Assembly (NCBI GenBank): GCA_965215005.1
Contig: CBDCCZ010000054.1
Location: 96,001 to 160,000, forward strand
Length of the DNA: 64,000 nt
DNA from: Kofleriaceae bacterium
GTDB taxonomy: Bacteria; Myxococcota_A; Polyangia; Haliangiales; Haliangiaceae
Reading direction: 5' to 3'
Shown piece after piece: positions 50,333 through 59,598 of this stretch (position 1 is its first letter; every line of letters starts with the position of its first letter). Made by a program: the position numbers and the translations under genes. A model generated the notes under the pieces. That model did no database searches, was not told the DNA's origin, and saw only the letters and a list, made by a program, of their open reading frames with translations.

Positions 50333-51894
50333 TCCGCAGGTTGCGAGAGGGTCTCGCTGAGCGAAGCGGGGGAGCTATAGCCCGGCAGGTGCAGAGACCA
50401 CCACGCGCGAGCTCGCTCGACCGACCACGGCGTTTCCAGGGCGATGGCGGCAAGCTCGCCCGCCAGTGCGCGGGCGCTAGCGGGACGCTGGCTGGGATCT
50501 TTGTGCAGGCACCGGAGCACCAAGGCATCGAGCGCCGGTGGTAGCGGCAGCTCGGTGTGCTGCGAAGGCGGCTCGGCGGTCACGTTGGCGTGTGCAACCG
50601 CCATCTCGATCGTCGAGCTCGCGTCGAAGACCAGCTGGCCGGTGAGCAGCCAATACGCAACGCAGCCAACGGCATACAAATCGGTGCGGCTATCGATGCG
50701 GGAACCGAGGCTCTGCTCGGGAGCCATATAGGCAGGCGTGCCGCGAACGGTGTCATCGCCGCTGGTGACGTGTCCCGGCACCTCCGGCTCTTCGATCTTG
50801 ACCAGGCCGAAATCCAGGACCTTGACCAAATCCACGGTGCCGCCCTTGCGGGCTAAATACACGTTTGCTGGCTTGATATCGCGATGAACAAGACCCGCTC
50901 CGTGCGCTTCGTCGAGGCTATCGCAGATCTGCAAGAGGATATGAACGACCCGCTCCGCCGGCTGCGGCCCAAACCGCTTGACCAGCGTTTCCAGATCGAC
51001 GCCGCGCAGCAGCTCCATGACGTAATACAGCACTCCGTCGGCCGCAACGCCGAAGTCATAGAGCTCTACGGTGTGCAGCGACTCGAGCGTCGCGGTGATT
51101 TGCGCTTCGCGCTCGAAGCGCTCGAGCTGCCCGATGATCGCGTTGGCGTTGCCGCGGCTGAGCACCTCGGGGCGAACGATCTTGACCGCGGCGGGGCGCG
51201 CGAGGAGCCGGTGGTGAGCGCGCCAGACCTCGCCCATTCCGCCTACGCCAAGTCGTTCGATCAGCTCGTAGCTGCCGACCTGGCGTGCCCGCGAGACATT
51301 TTCACGTAGCCGCGTGATGACTTTGGCCGGTGCATACGCCAGCAGCGCGCAGAGATAGCCCGGCAAGAACAGCGACGTCAGGACGTCGATGCGCGGCATG
51401 GGATAGCCGCGCGCCGGTCCAGCGATGAGAAATCCGAGCGGAATGGTGGTTGCGCTCAGCAGTGCAGCGCCGAGAATCCAGCTCGGTCGCGCCGGCACCA
51501 GGCTGGCGAAGAGCACGATGAGCACGCACGCCGTGGAGATCCGAAACAGCGGCTCGGTGAGCGGCATTTGCGACCACAGCTCGAGCACCGTGATCCCCAA
51601 GCACGTGAGGACTTGATAGCCAAGGCCGGCGAGAGATACCGCTCGAGGGCTGGGTTGCCCGCGGAGGAACACCGCTAGAAGTAGCGATGTTGCGATCAGC
51701 GAGGCCGATATAAGGGAAGCGCTGGTTTCTGCGTATCGCCAGACGAAGCGGTTCAACAAGTCATAGAGAACGAGAATGGCGGCGGCGAGCAGCGCGGTGA
51801 CGATCAGCCGTTGCTTCGCGAGGCGCACCAGATCTGCCGGCACGCTCAAGGCCTCGGTGCCGGTCAGGCCGACGGCGCGGGAACGCTCGCTCAT
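50323..51894 (-). CDS. Ser/Thr kinase with an N-terminal multi-TM domain
   Basis: About 6 TM, then GVGGMGEV, HRDIKPAN, DFG, GTPAYMAPE. Confidence 0.93.
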   Translation of the reverse strand: MSERSRAVGLTGTEALSVPADLVRLAKQRLIVTALLAAAILVLYDLLNRFVWRYAETSASLISASLIATSLLLAVFLRGQPSPRAVSLAGLGYQVLTCLGITVLELWSQMPLTEPLFRISTACVLIVLFASLVPARPSWILGAALLSATTIPLGFLIAGPARGYPMPRIDVLTSLFLPGYLCALLAYAPAKVITRLRENVSRARQVGSYELIERLGVGGMGEVWRAHHRLLARPAAVKIVRPEVLSRGNANAIIGQLERFEREAQITATLESLHTVELYDFGVAADGVLYYVMELLRGVDLETLVKRFGPQPAERVVHILLQICDSLDEAHGAGLVHRDIKPANVYLARKGGTVDLVKVLDFGLVKIEEPEVPGHVTSGDDTVRGTPAYMAPEQSLGSRIDSRTDLYAVGCVAYWLLTGQLVFDASSTIEMAVAHANVTAEPPSQHTELPLPPALDALVLRCLHKDPSQRPASARALAGELAAIALETPWSVERARAWWSLHLPGYSSPASLSETLSQPADQR

Positions 51895-51965
51895 GGGCCG
51901 ACGCTACCACCGCAGGCGGGATGCGAGCCGCATCGACGTCGACAGAGCTACGCTAGCGACAGCGA

Positions 51966-52265
51966 CTACGCCAGCGACAGCGACCATAGCAGCGAGGCGA
52001 CGGTGCTGGCGGCCATGCCTATGAGCACCGGCCAGGCGTCGCGAACCGGAGTCGGCGCCAACGTGCTGGCGCTAGGGTCAGCGCTGGCTGACTCCACGGG
52101 CTGCTCCACGGGCGCCGCGGCGAGCATCTCAGTGGCCGCCGCGCGGTCGTCGCCGAGCGCAGGCATGCGATACGTGGGCATCGAGTGCCGGCGCGGACGC
52201 GGCACGCTGACAACGGGCAAGACCTCGGGGGAGAGGAGTCGGCGCGCGCGGTCATCGAACGGCAT
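51966..52265 (-). CDS. Small protein with a C-terminal TM helix
   Basis: MPFDDRARRLL...WPVLIGMAASTVASLLWSLSLA. Confidence 0.4.
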   Translation of the reverse strand: MPFDDRARRLLSPEVLPVVSVPRPRRHSMPTYRMPALGDDRAAATEMLAAAPVEQPVESASADPSASTLAPTPVRDAWPVLIGMAASTVASLLWSLSLA

Positions 52266-52499
52266 GGCCTGCAGCCAAAGCAAGCAGCGCGCCATCGTTG
52301 ACAACCATTCGAAGCGATAGTTTACGGAGGGTTAGGAGGGGAGAATGGGGCGGCGGCGGAGAGTTCAGCCCCGTGTCGGGGGCTTGGCTCCTGGCCAGGC
52401 GCAAGCCGAGCGGCCACTTCGAACTGGAGCTGAGCGCCGAGAAGCTTGCCAAAGCGCGAAGAGATGAAACGATCGCCGCGTTCCAAGAGGTCCACGCAA

Positions 52500-53735
52500 A
52501 TGAGCGAGCACAATTACGAACTCATCGCCACCGAGCCCGATTCCGTGCCCATCAAAGCGTGGGTGCGCGGCGTTCCAGTCGAAGAGGCCGCCAAGCGGCA
52601 GCTGCAGAACGTCGCGGCGATGCCGTTCGTTCATCAATGGGTGGCGGCGATGCCGGATGTTCATTGGGGCATGGGTGCTACCGTCGGCAGCGTCATTCCT
52701 ACCGTTGGTGCGGTGATCCCTGCAGCCGTCGGCGTCGACATCGGTTGTGGGATGATGGCGGTGCAGACGTCGCTGTCCGCCGCGCAGCTTCCGGACACGC
52801 TGCGCAAGGTGCGCTCCGCTATCGAAGCGGCGGTGCCGCACGGCCGCACCCATAGCGGCGGTCGCGGGGATCGCGGCGCCTGGAGCAATCTGCCTGGGGC
52901 GACGGCAACGGCCTGGAAGAATGAGCTTGCTGGCGACTTTGGACGCATCGTCGGCAAACATCCCAAGGTCGGCAAAGCCAATCACGTGCAACATCTAGGA
53001 ACGCTGGGAACGGGCAACCACTTCATCGAAGTGTGCCTTGATGAAAGCGAACGCGTCTGGTTCATGCTGCATTCGGGGAGTCGCGGCATCGGTAATCGCA
53101 TTGGTAGCTACTTCATCGAGCTCGCCAAGGGCGATATGCGACGGCTCGGAATCGAGCTGCCAGATATGAATTTAGCCTACTTGAAAGAAGGGAGTGCCTA
53201 CTTTGCAGACTATGTCGAGGCTGTCGAGTGGGCGCAGCGCTACGCTTTGATCAATCGCAAGTTGATGATGCAGGCGGTGATTGCTGCCTTGCAGAAGGCC
53301 CCGAGTCTCCCGACGTTCACCACCGGCTCCATAGCCGTCAACTGCCATCACAATTATGTCGCTCGCGAGCATCACTATGGCAAAGACGTGCTGCTCACGC
53401 GCAAAGGTGCCGTGCGCGCGGGCGCCGGCGAGCTGGGAATCATTCCCGGCTCGATGGGCACGCGGAGCTACATCGTGCGCGGCAAGGGCAATCCCGAGAG
53501 CTTTCACAGCTGCAGCCACGGCGCTGGTCGCCGCATGTCGCGCACTGAGGCAAAGCGTCGTTTCACCGTCGCCGAGCACACCCAGGCCACCGCCGGTGTC
53601 GAGTGTCGCAAAGACGCCAGCGTCATCGACGAAACTCCCGCTGCCTACAAAGATATCGATGCGGTGATGGCGGCGCAGGAAGACCTGGTCGAGGTCGTCC
53701 ACACGCTCAAGCAGGTCGTTTGCGTCAAAGGATAG
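52500..53735 (+). CDS. rtcB: RNA 2',3'-cyclic phosphate/5'-OH ligase
   Basis: MPDVHWG, GVDIGCGM, LGTLGTGNHF, HSGSRG, CHHNY, RKGA, SHGAGR, DETPAAYKDI, VCVKG. Confidence 0.96.
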   Translation: MSEHNYELIATEPDSVPIKAWVRGVPVEEAAKRQLQNVAAMPFVHQWVAAMPDVHWGMGATVGSVIPTVGAVIPAAVGVDIGCGMMAVQTSLSAAQLPDTLRKVRSAIEAAVPHGRTHSGGRGDRGAWSNLPGATATAWKNELAGDFGRIVGKHPKVGKANHVQHLGTLGTGNHFIEVCLDESERVWFMLHSGSRGIGNRIGSYFIELAKGDMRRLGIELPDMNLAYLKEGSAYFADYVEAVEWAQRYALINRKLMMQAVIAALQKAPSLPTFTTGSIAVNCHHNYVAREHHYGKDVLLTRKGAVRAGAGELGIIPGSMGTRSYIVRGKGNPESFHSCSHGAGRRMSRTEAKRRFTVAEHTQATAGVECRKDASVIDETPAAYKDIDAVMAAQEDLVEVVHTLKQVVCVKG

Positions 53736-53792
53736 AACACACCGCGGATGCAGAACGCAGATCTCCGCCGCCGTTTGTCCTACCATCCCGCT

Positions 53793-54119
53793 ATGGCAGA
53801 GCTACAGATCGAAGAGTTGAAGATAGGCGATGGTGCCGAGGCAACCAGCGGCTCGCGGGTGTCGGTGCACTACACCGGATGGCTCACCGACGGCAAAAAG
53901 TTCGACAGCTCCGTAGACCGGGGCACGCCGTTCGAGTTTCCGCTAGGCGGTGGACGGGTCATCAAAGGCTGGGATCAGGGAGTCGCCGGCATGCGCGTCG
54001 GTGGCAAACGCAAGCTCACCATTCCGCCTGAGCTTGGCTACGGCGCTCGCGGAGCCGGCAGCGTCATCCCGCCGAACGCGACGCTGGTGTTCGAAGTTGA
54101 GCTCCTCGGCGTGAGCTAG
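53793..54119 (+). CDS. FKBP-type peptidyl-prolyl isomerase
   Basis: [44 protein letters not shown]. Confidence 0.96.
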   Translation: MAELQIEELKIGDGAEATSGSRVSVHYTGWLTDGKKFDSSVDRGTPFEFPLGGGRVIKGWDQGVAGMRVGGKRKLTIPPELGYGARGAGSVIPPNATLVFEVELLGVS

Positions 54120-54189
54120 CATCGAACGTCGGGTCGCCAAGGGCCTCGGCGTGTAGCGTCGCGCCGAGGCGCGGGCTGCGACCATCAAC

Positions 54190-54969
54190 TCAATCGATGA
54201 CGTCGACGCAGCAGCCGCCGGCGCAGAATTGGTCGTCGTCGCAGCCGCGGGAGCAGGCGCGAAGGTTTGGCGGGCAAGCGGCAGCGCTGCACTGTGCAGG
54301 AAGGTCCTCGGGGCGCTGTCCGGGGCAGAGGATGCAGTCGGCGTCGGAGCAGTTGGTGTTGCCGCAGTCGGTCTTGGTGCAGGCTGGGCAGCGACTCGAG
54401 TCGGCGAGGCCGTCGAGGTCGCAGTTGGGCGCCAAGCGCGGATTGGTGAGGACGTCGAAGCAGTTGCCATCGGCGCAGACGGTGCAACATCCAAAGCAAT
54501 CGCAGCCGGGTGGCGTGGTGGGCCCACACGTGTCGCGGCAGGTTTGCGAGACCTCACAGTCGCTCGGATCGAATGGCGGCGGCGCGAACGGACACGCTTG
54601 ACCCGCGAGGTCGAGCAAGCAGCAGGCGTGGAGGCGGCAGCCATCGTCACCGCTGCCGCTGTTGCCGTCGAAATAGCAGTCTTGCCGGCCGACGGCGTTG
54701 TTATCGCCCGAGAGTCCGGTCTCGAAGCTGTCTTCCCGGTCGTCTCGCGGAGAGAGGCAGTGGGGATCGTAGCCATCGATGCGGCCGTCGCCGTCGTCGT
54801 CGAGACAGTTGGAGCATTGAGTCGTGCCGGGGACGCAGCTTGGTGGAGCCAGTGGTCCGGCGGCGGCAGCGTCGCCCGCGCCTACGTCGTTTCCGGCGCT
54901 GTCGGAGACCAAGCTGGTCGTTTGGTTGCAGCCGGCGGCGAGGGCAGCGAGGAGCAGCATCGAGCGCAC
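54190..54969 (-). CDS. Cys/Asp-rich lipoprotein
   Basis: Lipobox AAGC; CSNCLDDDGDGRIDGYDPHC, DCYFDGNSGSGDDGC, GCDCFGCC; start uncertain (54969 or 54960). Confidence 0.75.
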   Translation of the reverse strand: MRSMLLLAALAAGCNQTTSLVSDSAGNDVGAGDAAAAGPLAPPSCVPGTTQCSNCLDDDGDGRIDGYDPHCLSPRDDREDSFETGLSGDNNAVGRQDCYFDGNSGSGDDGCRLHACCLLDLAGQACPFAPPPFDPSDCEVSQTCRDTCGPTTPPGCDCFGCCTVCADGNCFDVLTNPRLAPNCDLDGLADSSRCPACTKTDCGNTNCSDADCILCPGQRPEDLPAQCSAAACPPNLRACSRGCDDDQFCAGGCCVDVID

Positions 54970-55181
54970 GGTTCCACGATGCCACGGCGGGCGTTGGGTA
55001 TCACCTAGCGATTTGCAGTCGCCTGGCAACTTCCGAACAGATTCGACGCGAGCGCCGGAGGGAGCGGTTCTCGGCCTTGGCAAACTTTGGTTTAAGGTCT
55101 GGACATAGCTCAGCAATCCTTGTTTCGCGCAGAGAGAAAAGCGTTGACGGAGGGGGAAGGCACGTGGTGTAAGGCCCCGCC

Positions 55182-56828
55182 ATGCGAACAGCGATCAGTT
55201 TGGTGTGCGTGGGAGCGTTGCTCATGGGGGCGTGTGGCTCGTCGGGGGGCGGGGATTCAGACTCGACCGCCGATGGCGGCGAAGTACGTCCCTCTCCTGA
55301 TGGCGGGATGAGTCCCGGAGCCGACGCCGGTGTCGACCCTGATAGTGGCGTCGACCCTGATAGTGGCGTCGACCCCGATGCCGGCATGGATGGCGACGGC
55401 GGCATGAGCCCGATGGGTATCCCGCTCGAAGAGCTCACCACTGCCGCGGGGCAATCCATTTGCAGCGCACTGTTTCGCTGTTGCGATGATGATCTCGCGG
55501 ACTATTTCGCGCCTTACCTCGGCTCGAGCCGCCTTGCGGACTATCACGACCGCCTGCCCCCCAACGCCGAGCTCGACGAGGCCGGATGCCGCGAAATCTT
55601 GCCGCAAATGCTGGCGATTCAGCCGCTCGGCGCGTGGCTACCGCACGCACGGTCGGGTGCCGTCGAGTATGACGGCGCGGCAGCGGCGGCCTGCGTAGCG
55701 GAGCTAGAGAGCGCCGAGTGCGGCGACCAAACCCGCGCGGCGCTGTTTGACTCCACTTGCTTTGGATTCGCCGCCCCCAACGGCGGCGCTGAGCAACGCT
55801 CTATGTTTCGCCGAATCGGTGCCGTGGGCGATGCGTGTGCGCCGGTGCCCGATGGCTTCGGCACCTCATTTCACGGCACCTGCGACCCGACGATGAATTT
55901 CTGCTGCTACCAAGATGCTGACAATCCGGGTGGTTGCACCGGACCGTTTGCCTCGGGCGGGACGCCCCGCGCGGGAACCTGCCAAGCAGCGCCCGGCCCC
56001 GGCGAAACTTGCTCGTACTCTCCTCCGTACAATATCTGCGTCACCGGCTTGTCCTGCGACGGGAACACCAGAACGTGCGTCGCCGATCGAACGGAGCCGC
56101 TGCAGGTTGGAGCGACGTGCGTCAATGACGGAGGCTTCTTGCTTGGCCTTTGCCAAGACAGCTGGTGCGATCTGCTGGGCTCGAAAGTTTGCGAGCCGAT
56201 GAAGGCGGAAGGCGCGACGTGCACAGCTGGTTGGGAGTGCGAGACGGGCAAGTGCGACACGGTCTGCGTGCCCAACGACTTTTGCGCCCCGGATGCCGGC
56301 GGTGGCACGGGTGAGGTGGGCGCCGCGGAAACCTGCTCAACGGCACTGACGTTGGCGTCGGTGAGCCAACCGACCCAGCCCGGCACGGTCTACGATTTCA
56401 CGGCTGCCGGCAGCTTCGGGACCTCCAACGACTACAACCCACTGATTGCTAGCGGCCTCCCGCCCGCCTGCTCGTTCGTTTACGATGCTACTGGCAATGA
56501 GCTGGTGTATGAAGTGACACTCGAGCCGGGCCAGACGCTCCAGACCCGCTATGAGGTGTTTCCGCGGCGCGCCGGTCGCGGCATCTACATCCTCGATAGC
56601 TGCCCCGAGGCAACCTGGCCCGACCTCGACGGTTCCATGTTTTGTGGGAGCAACGAGTATCGCGCCTCGCCGCCGTGCACCATCGAGTGCGATCCCCTCG
56701 ACTTCAGCTTCACCTGGCCCACCAGCCGCGATGGCCAGCCCACTGAAACCAAGACGTTTTGGGTGGTGCTCGACCAGGTCGATGGCGCCGACGCCGATAG
56801 CTTCCGCCTCGACTGGACGATCCGCTAA
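55182..56828 (+). CDS. Cys-rich lipoprotein with DPD(S/A)GV repeat linker
   Basis: Lipobox MGAC; 18-bp tandem repeats near 55330-55385; many disulfide-type modules; C-terminal beta domain. Confidence 0.78.
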   Translation: MRTAISLVCVGALLMGACGSSGGGDSDSTADGGEVRPSPDGGMSPGADAGVDPDSGVDPDSGVDPDAGMDGDGGMSPMGIPLEELTTAAGQSICSALFRCCDDDLADYFAPYLGSSRLADYHDRLPPNAELDEAGCREILPQMLAIQPLGAWLPHARSGAVEYDGAAAAACVAELESAECGDQTRAALFDSTCFGFAAPNGGAEQRSMFRRIGAVGDACAPVPDGFGTSFHGTCDPTMNFCCYQDADNPGGCTGPFASGGTPRAGTCQAAPGPGETCSYSPPYNICVTGLSCDGNTRTCVADRTEPLQVGATCVNDGGFLLGLCQDSWCDLLGSKVCEPMKAEGATCTAGWECETGKCDTVCVPNDFCAPDAGGGTGEVGAAETCSTALTLASVSQPTQPGTVYDFTAAGSFGTSNDYNPLIASGLPPACSFVYDATGNELVYEVTLEPGQTLQTRYEVFPRRAGRGIYILDSCPEATWPDLDGSMFCGSNEYRASPPCTIECDPLDFSFTWPTSRDGQPTETKTFWVVLDQVDGADADSFRLDWTIR

Positions 56829-56972
56829 CACCGAGCGCCGCGGCGCTCGAGCCCCCACATTAAATCGCTGCAGTCGCGCGGGACGCAGGTCCTTCGCGAC
56901 TGCTTCGTCGTCAGCTCACTGGGCAGCCGCGGCTCGAATGCTACGCTCGCTGCTCCTACTCACCGGCTGCTG

Positions 56973-57590
56973 ATGGACCTTTCCCTGCGACGCTTCGAGT
57001 CCTGCTTGGCGGGCTTGGAAATCCCTGCGCATCGGCAAATCGTTGCCAAGAAGCGAGCGGCGGTGGCGGCGCTACTGCGCTTCGAGCGCCCGACACCCGA
57101 CGTGCTGCTGATGGTCCGGGCCGACGACCCGCGCGATCGGTGGTCGGGGCAGGTGAGCTTCCCCGGCGGCCGCGAGGATCCCATCGACCCTTCGCTGCGG
57201 CATACGGCGATGCGCGAGACGCTGGAGGAAGTCGGCATCGATCTCGCCAGCAGCGCGCGCTGCCTTGGGCAGCTGCCGCCGGTTCGCGCGGTGGCGCGAG
57301 GCAAGGTGCGGCCGATGACCATTACGCCGTTCGTGTTCGTGCAGACCGGCCCGGTCGCGATCACGCACAACTATGAGGTGCAAGATACCTTCTGGTTGCC
57401 GCTCGATCAGGCGGCCTCAGGAGCGCTGAGCAGCACGTATGAGTACGAGTTTGGCCCGCTGCCGATGGCGATGCCCTGTTGGCGCTATCACGGGCGAGTC
57501 ATCTGGGGGCTCACCTTTAGAATGCTCACTGAGCTGCTCGAGGTGGTCGGCGTCTCGCCCGCGGCCAATGTCCCCTCGCCAACGTCCTAG
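56973..57590 (+). CDS. Nudix hydrolase, CoA pyrophosphatase-like
   Basis: AAV..L, WSGQVSFPGG, TAMRETLEEVG, IWGLT. Confidence 0.9.
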   Translation: MDLSLRRFESCLAGLEIPAHRQIVAKKRAAVAALLRFERPTPDVLLMVRADDPRDRWSGQVSFPGGREDPIDPSLRHTAMRETLEEVGIDLASSARCLGQLPPVRAVARGKVRPMTITPFVFVQTGPVAITHNYEVQDTFWLPLDQAASGALSSTYEYEFGPLPMAMPCWRYHGRVIWGLTFRMLTELLEVVGVSPAANVPSPTS

Positions 57591-57620
57591 CGATTCACGG
57601 CGGAAGTCGTGAACCGCTAG
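57587..57620. repeat. Stand-alone hairpin module B
   Basis: ctagcgattcacggcggaagtcgtgaaccgctag is 31/34 identical to the reverse complement of 4875-4908. Confidence 0.85.
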
Positions 57621-58255
57621 CGCTCTTTTAGCAGCCCGCGCTCTGCAAGCAGCGTTGGCTCGCGGCCGGCATCGATGCGGTACTCGTAGACCTTGCGGGC
57701 ATTGTCGATGAGGGGGCAGCGCAGGTGCACCAGGAGCCCGAAGCGCGCCGACACTTCGAAGCCCGAGACGAAGAACCCATGGCGGAGCTTGGGAATGAGC
57801 ACCTGATTGTTATCGGCGTTGTGCCGGCTCCACGCTTCGCGGAAGCCAGTTTGGCGCAAGACCTCCAAGAGTCGCGGAAGAAACTCGGTGTAGAGCCCGC
57901 GCCCCTGATGCTCGGGCAGCACCGCCGTTTGCATCATGTAATAGCGGCCGAAGGCCTCTTGATGACCCGCATAGCAGCCGACGGTGACGTCGTTCTCTTT
58001 GAACAGCAGCCAATGGGCAAGACCGGCACGTGGTAGCAGCTCGTCGAGGGCGTTGATTCGGTCGCGCTCGGCCTCGCTGTACACTTTCGCGAAGTCGATG
58101 AGCTCGCGGCTACTCAGCTCGCTGCGCACGCGCCGCCACTGGGTCCACCACGTGTGCTCTTCAACGACCTCGATCGAGTAGGTTCCGGCTAGCGGCTCGC
58201 GCAGCAGTCGCCGAGTGGTCTTTTCGAAGTCGCTACGGACGGTCTCCTTGTGCAT
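57617..58255 (-). CDS. GNAT-family acetyltransferase
   Basis: TAVLPEHQGRGLY, SRHNADNNQVLIPKL..GF; GGGAGG RBS. Confidence 0.8.
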   Translation of the reverse strand: MHKETVRSDFEKTTRRLLREPLAGTYSIEVVEEHTWWTQWRRVRSELSSRELIDFAKVYSEAERDRINALDELLPRAGLAHWLLFKENDVTVGCYAGHQEAFGRYYMMQTAVLPEHQGRGLYTEFLPRLLEVLRQTGFREAWSRHNADNNQVLIPKLRHGFFVSGFEVSARFGLLVHLRCPLIDNARKVYEYRIDAGREPTLLAERGLLKER

Positions 58256-58370
58256 GGCGCCTCCCATGCGAACGTACCACCCGCGGCTGCGGCTGCGGTG
58301 GCGCGCGAGGGCGCGTGGATATCCGCCTGCCACCGCGGCATGGCGCGCCGGTTCACGGCACAATGCCGCG

Positions 58371-59375
58371 ATGGCAGGTGTCTCTCTGGTAACTGGCGCG
58401 ACCGGATTCATCGGCTCGCATCTCGCCCGGCAGCTTCTCGAGCGCGGCGAGTCGGTGCGTGTGTTGGTGCGTGATCCGGCAAAGCTGCGCGCCGTTGGCC
58501 TCGCTGATGCGCCGGGGCTCGAAGTCGCGCAGGGCGATCTGCTGGAGCCAGCCACCATCCGCGCGGCACTCGCAGGCGTGCGCCGCCTTTATCACGTCGC
58601 CGGCTACATCTCCACTGCCCGCGACGATCGCGACGACGTCTATCGCCTCAACGTCGACACCACCAGCAACTTGTTCACTGCAGCCAGCTCGATGAATCTC
58701 GATAAGATCGTCTATCTAGCGAGCATCTTCGCTCTCGGAGGCGGGCGCGATGAGACGCCGGTAGATGAAGGCGTTGCGTATGATTTGAGCGGGTTTGGAG
58801 TCGACTACTTCGTCGCCAAACGCCGCGCCGAGCTCGATGCCCGTGAGCAGCTGGCGCGGGGCCTGCCGCTGGTATTCGTGTATCCGTGCTTCTGTTATGG
58901 CCCCGGCGACGTGCATCACTCGAGCTCGCGGCTCATCGAGCTGCACTTAGCGCGTCGACTCGTCGCTACGATAGATGGCGGACAAAACGCCATGGACGTG
59001 CGCGACGCGGCGGCGGGACTCATTCGTGGAATGGAGCGCGGACGCATCGGCGAGCGCTATCTCATCGGCGGTGGAAATTACACCAACAGCGAGCTCGGGC
59101 AGGCTCTTGCTGATATCACCGGCTATCGCGCGCCGATGCTGCGCTTGCCGGGTGGGCTAGCCATCGCGGCCGGAAAACTGGCGGAGCGGGTTTGGCCGTC
59201 GTCGCCGCTCGATGCGCAGTCGGCGAAGATGGCTGCGCGCTTTTGGTATTACGACGACAGCAAGGCGCGCCGCGAGCTCGGTCATACGTCGCGCCCGCTC
59301 GCGGAGACGCTGCGCGCCGCCATCGAGTGGTTCGTTGTCCGTGGCCAATTCAGGCGACCGCCGCAGCTGCAATGA
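58371..59375 (+). CDS. NAD-dependent epimerase/dehydratase (HpnA/dihydroflavonol reductase-like)
   Basis: LVTGATGFIG, GDL, YFVAK, YGPGD, DVRDAA.G, GERY. Confidence 0.9.
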   Translation: MAGVSLVTGATGFIGSHLARQLLERGESVRVLVRDPAKLRAVGLADAPGLEVAQGDLLEPATIRAALAGVRRLYHVAGYISTARDDRDDVYRLNVDTTSNLFTAASSMNLDKIVYLASIFALGGGRDETPVDEGVAYDLSGFGVDYFVAKRRAELDAREQLARGLPLVFVYPCFCYGPGDVHHSSSRLIELHLARRLVATIDGGQNAMDVRDAAAGLIRGMERGRIGERYLIGGGNYTNSELGQALADITGYRAPMLRLPGGLAIAAGKLAERVWPSSPLDAQSAKMAARFWYYDDSKARRELGHTSRPLAETLRAAIEWFVVRGQFRRPPQLQ

Positions 59376-59598
59376 CCCTGCTGCAAACTCACGATTGGCG
59401 CAGGTGTCTTACGTCGGCCGCAACCGCCTACGCGGCAGCGAATCTGCTAGAGGGCGTCCAAGTCGCGGTTTTCTGAGACCTCCGGCTGCGAGCTCCCTCG
59501 AACATCTGACGGTGACGATGCAATATCAGCGGCTTAGGAGCGGCTCACGTCTTGCTTTGATCGCGGCCATGCCCATTAGACTCGCTAGGACTCATCGC

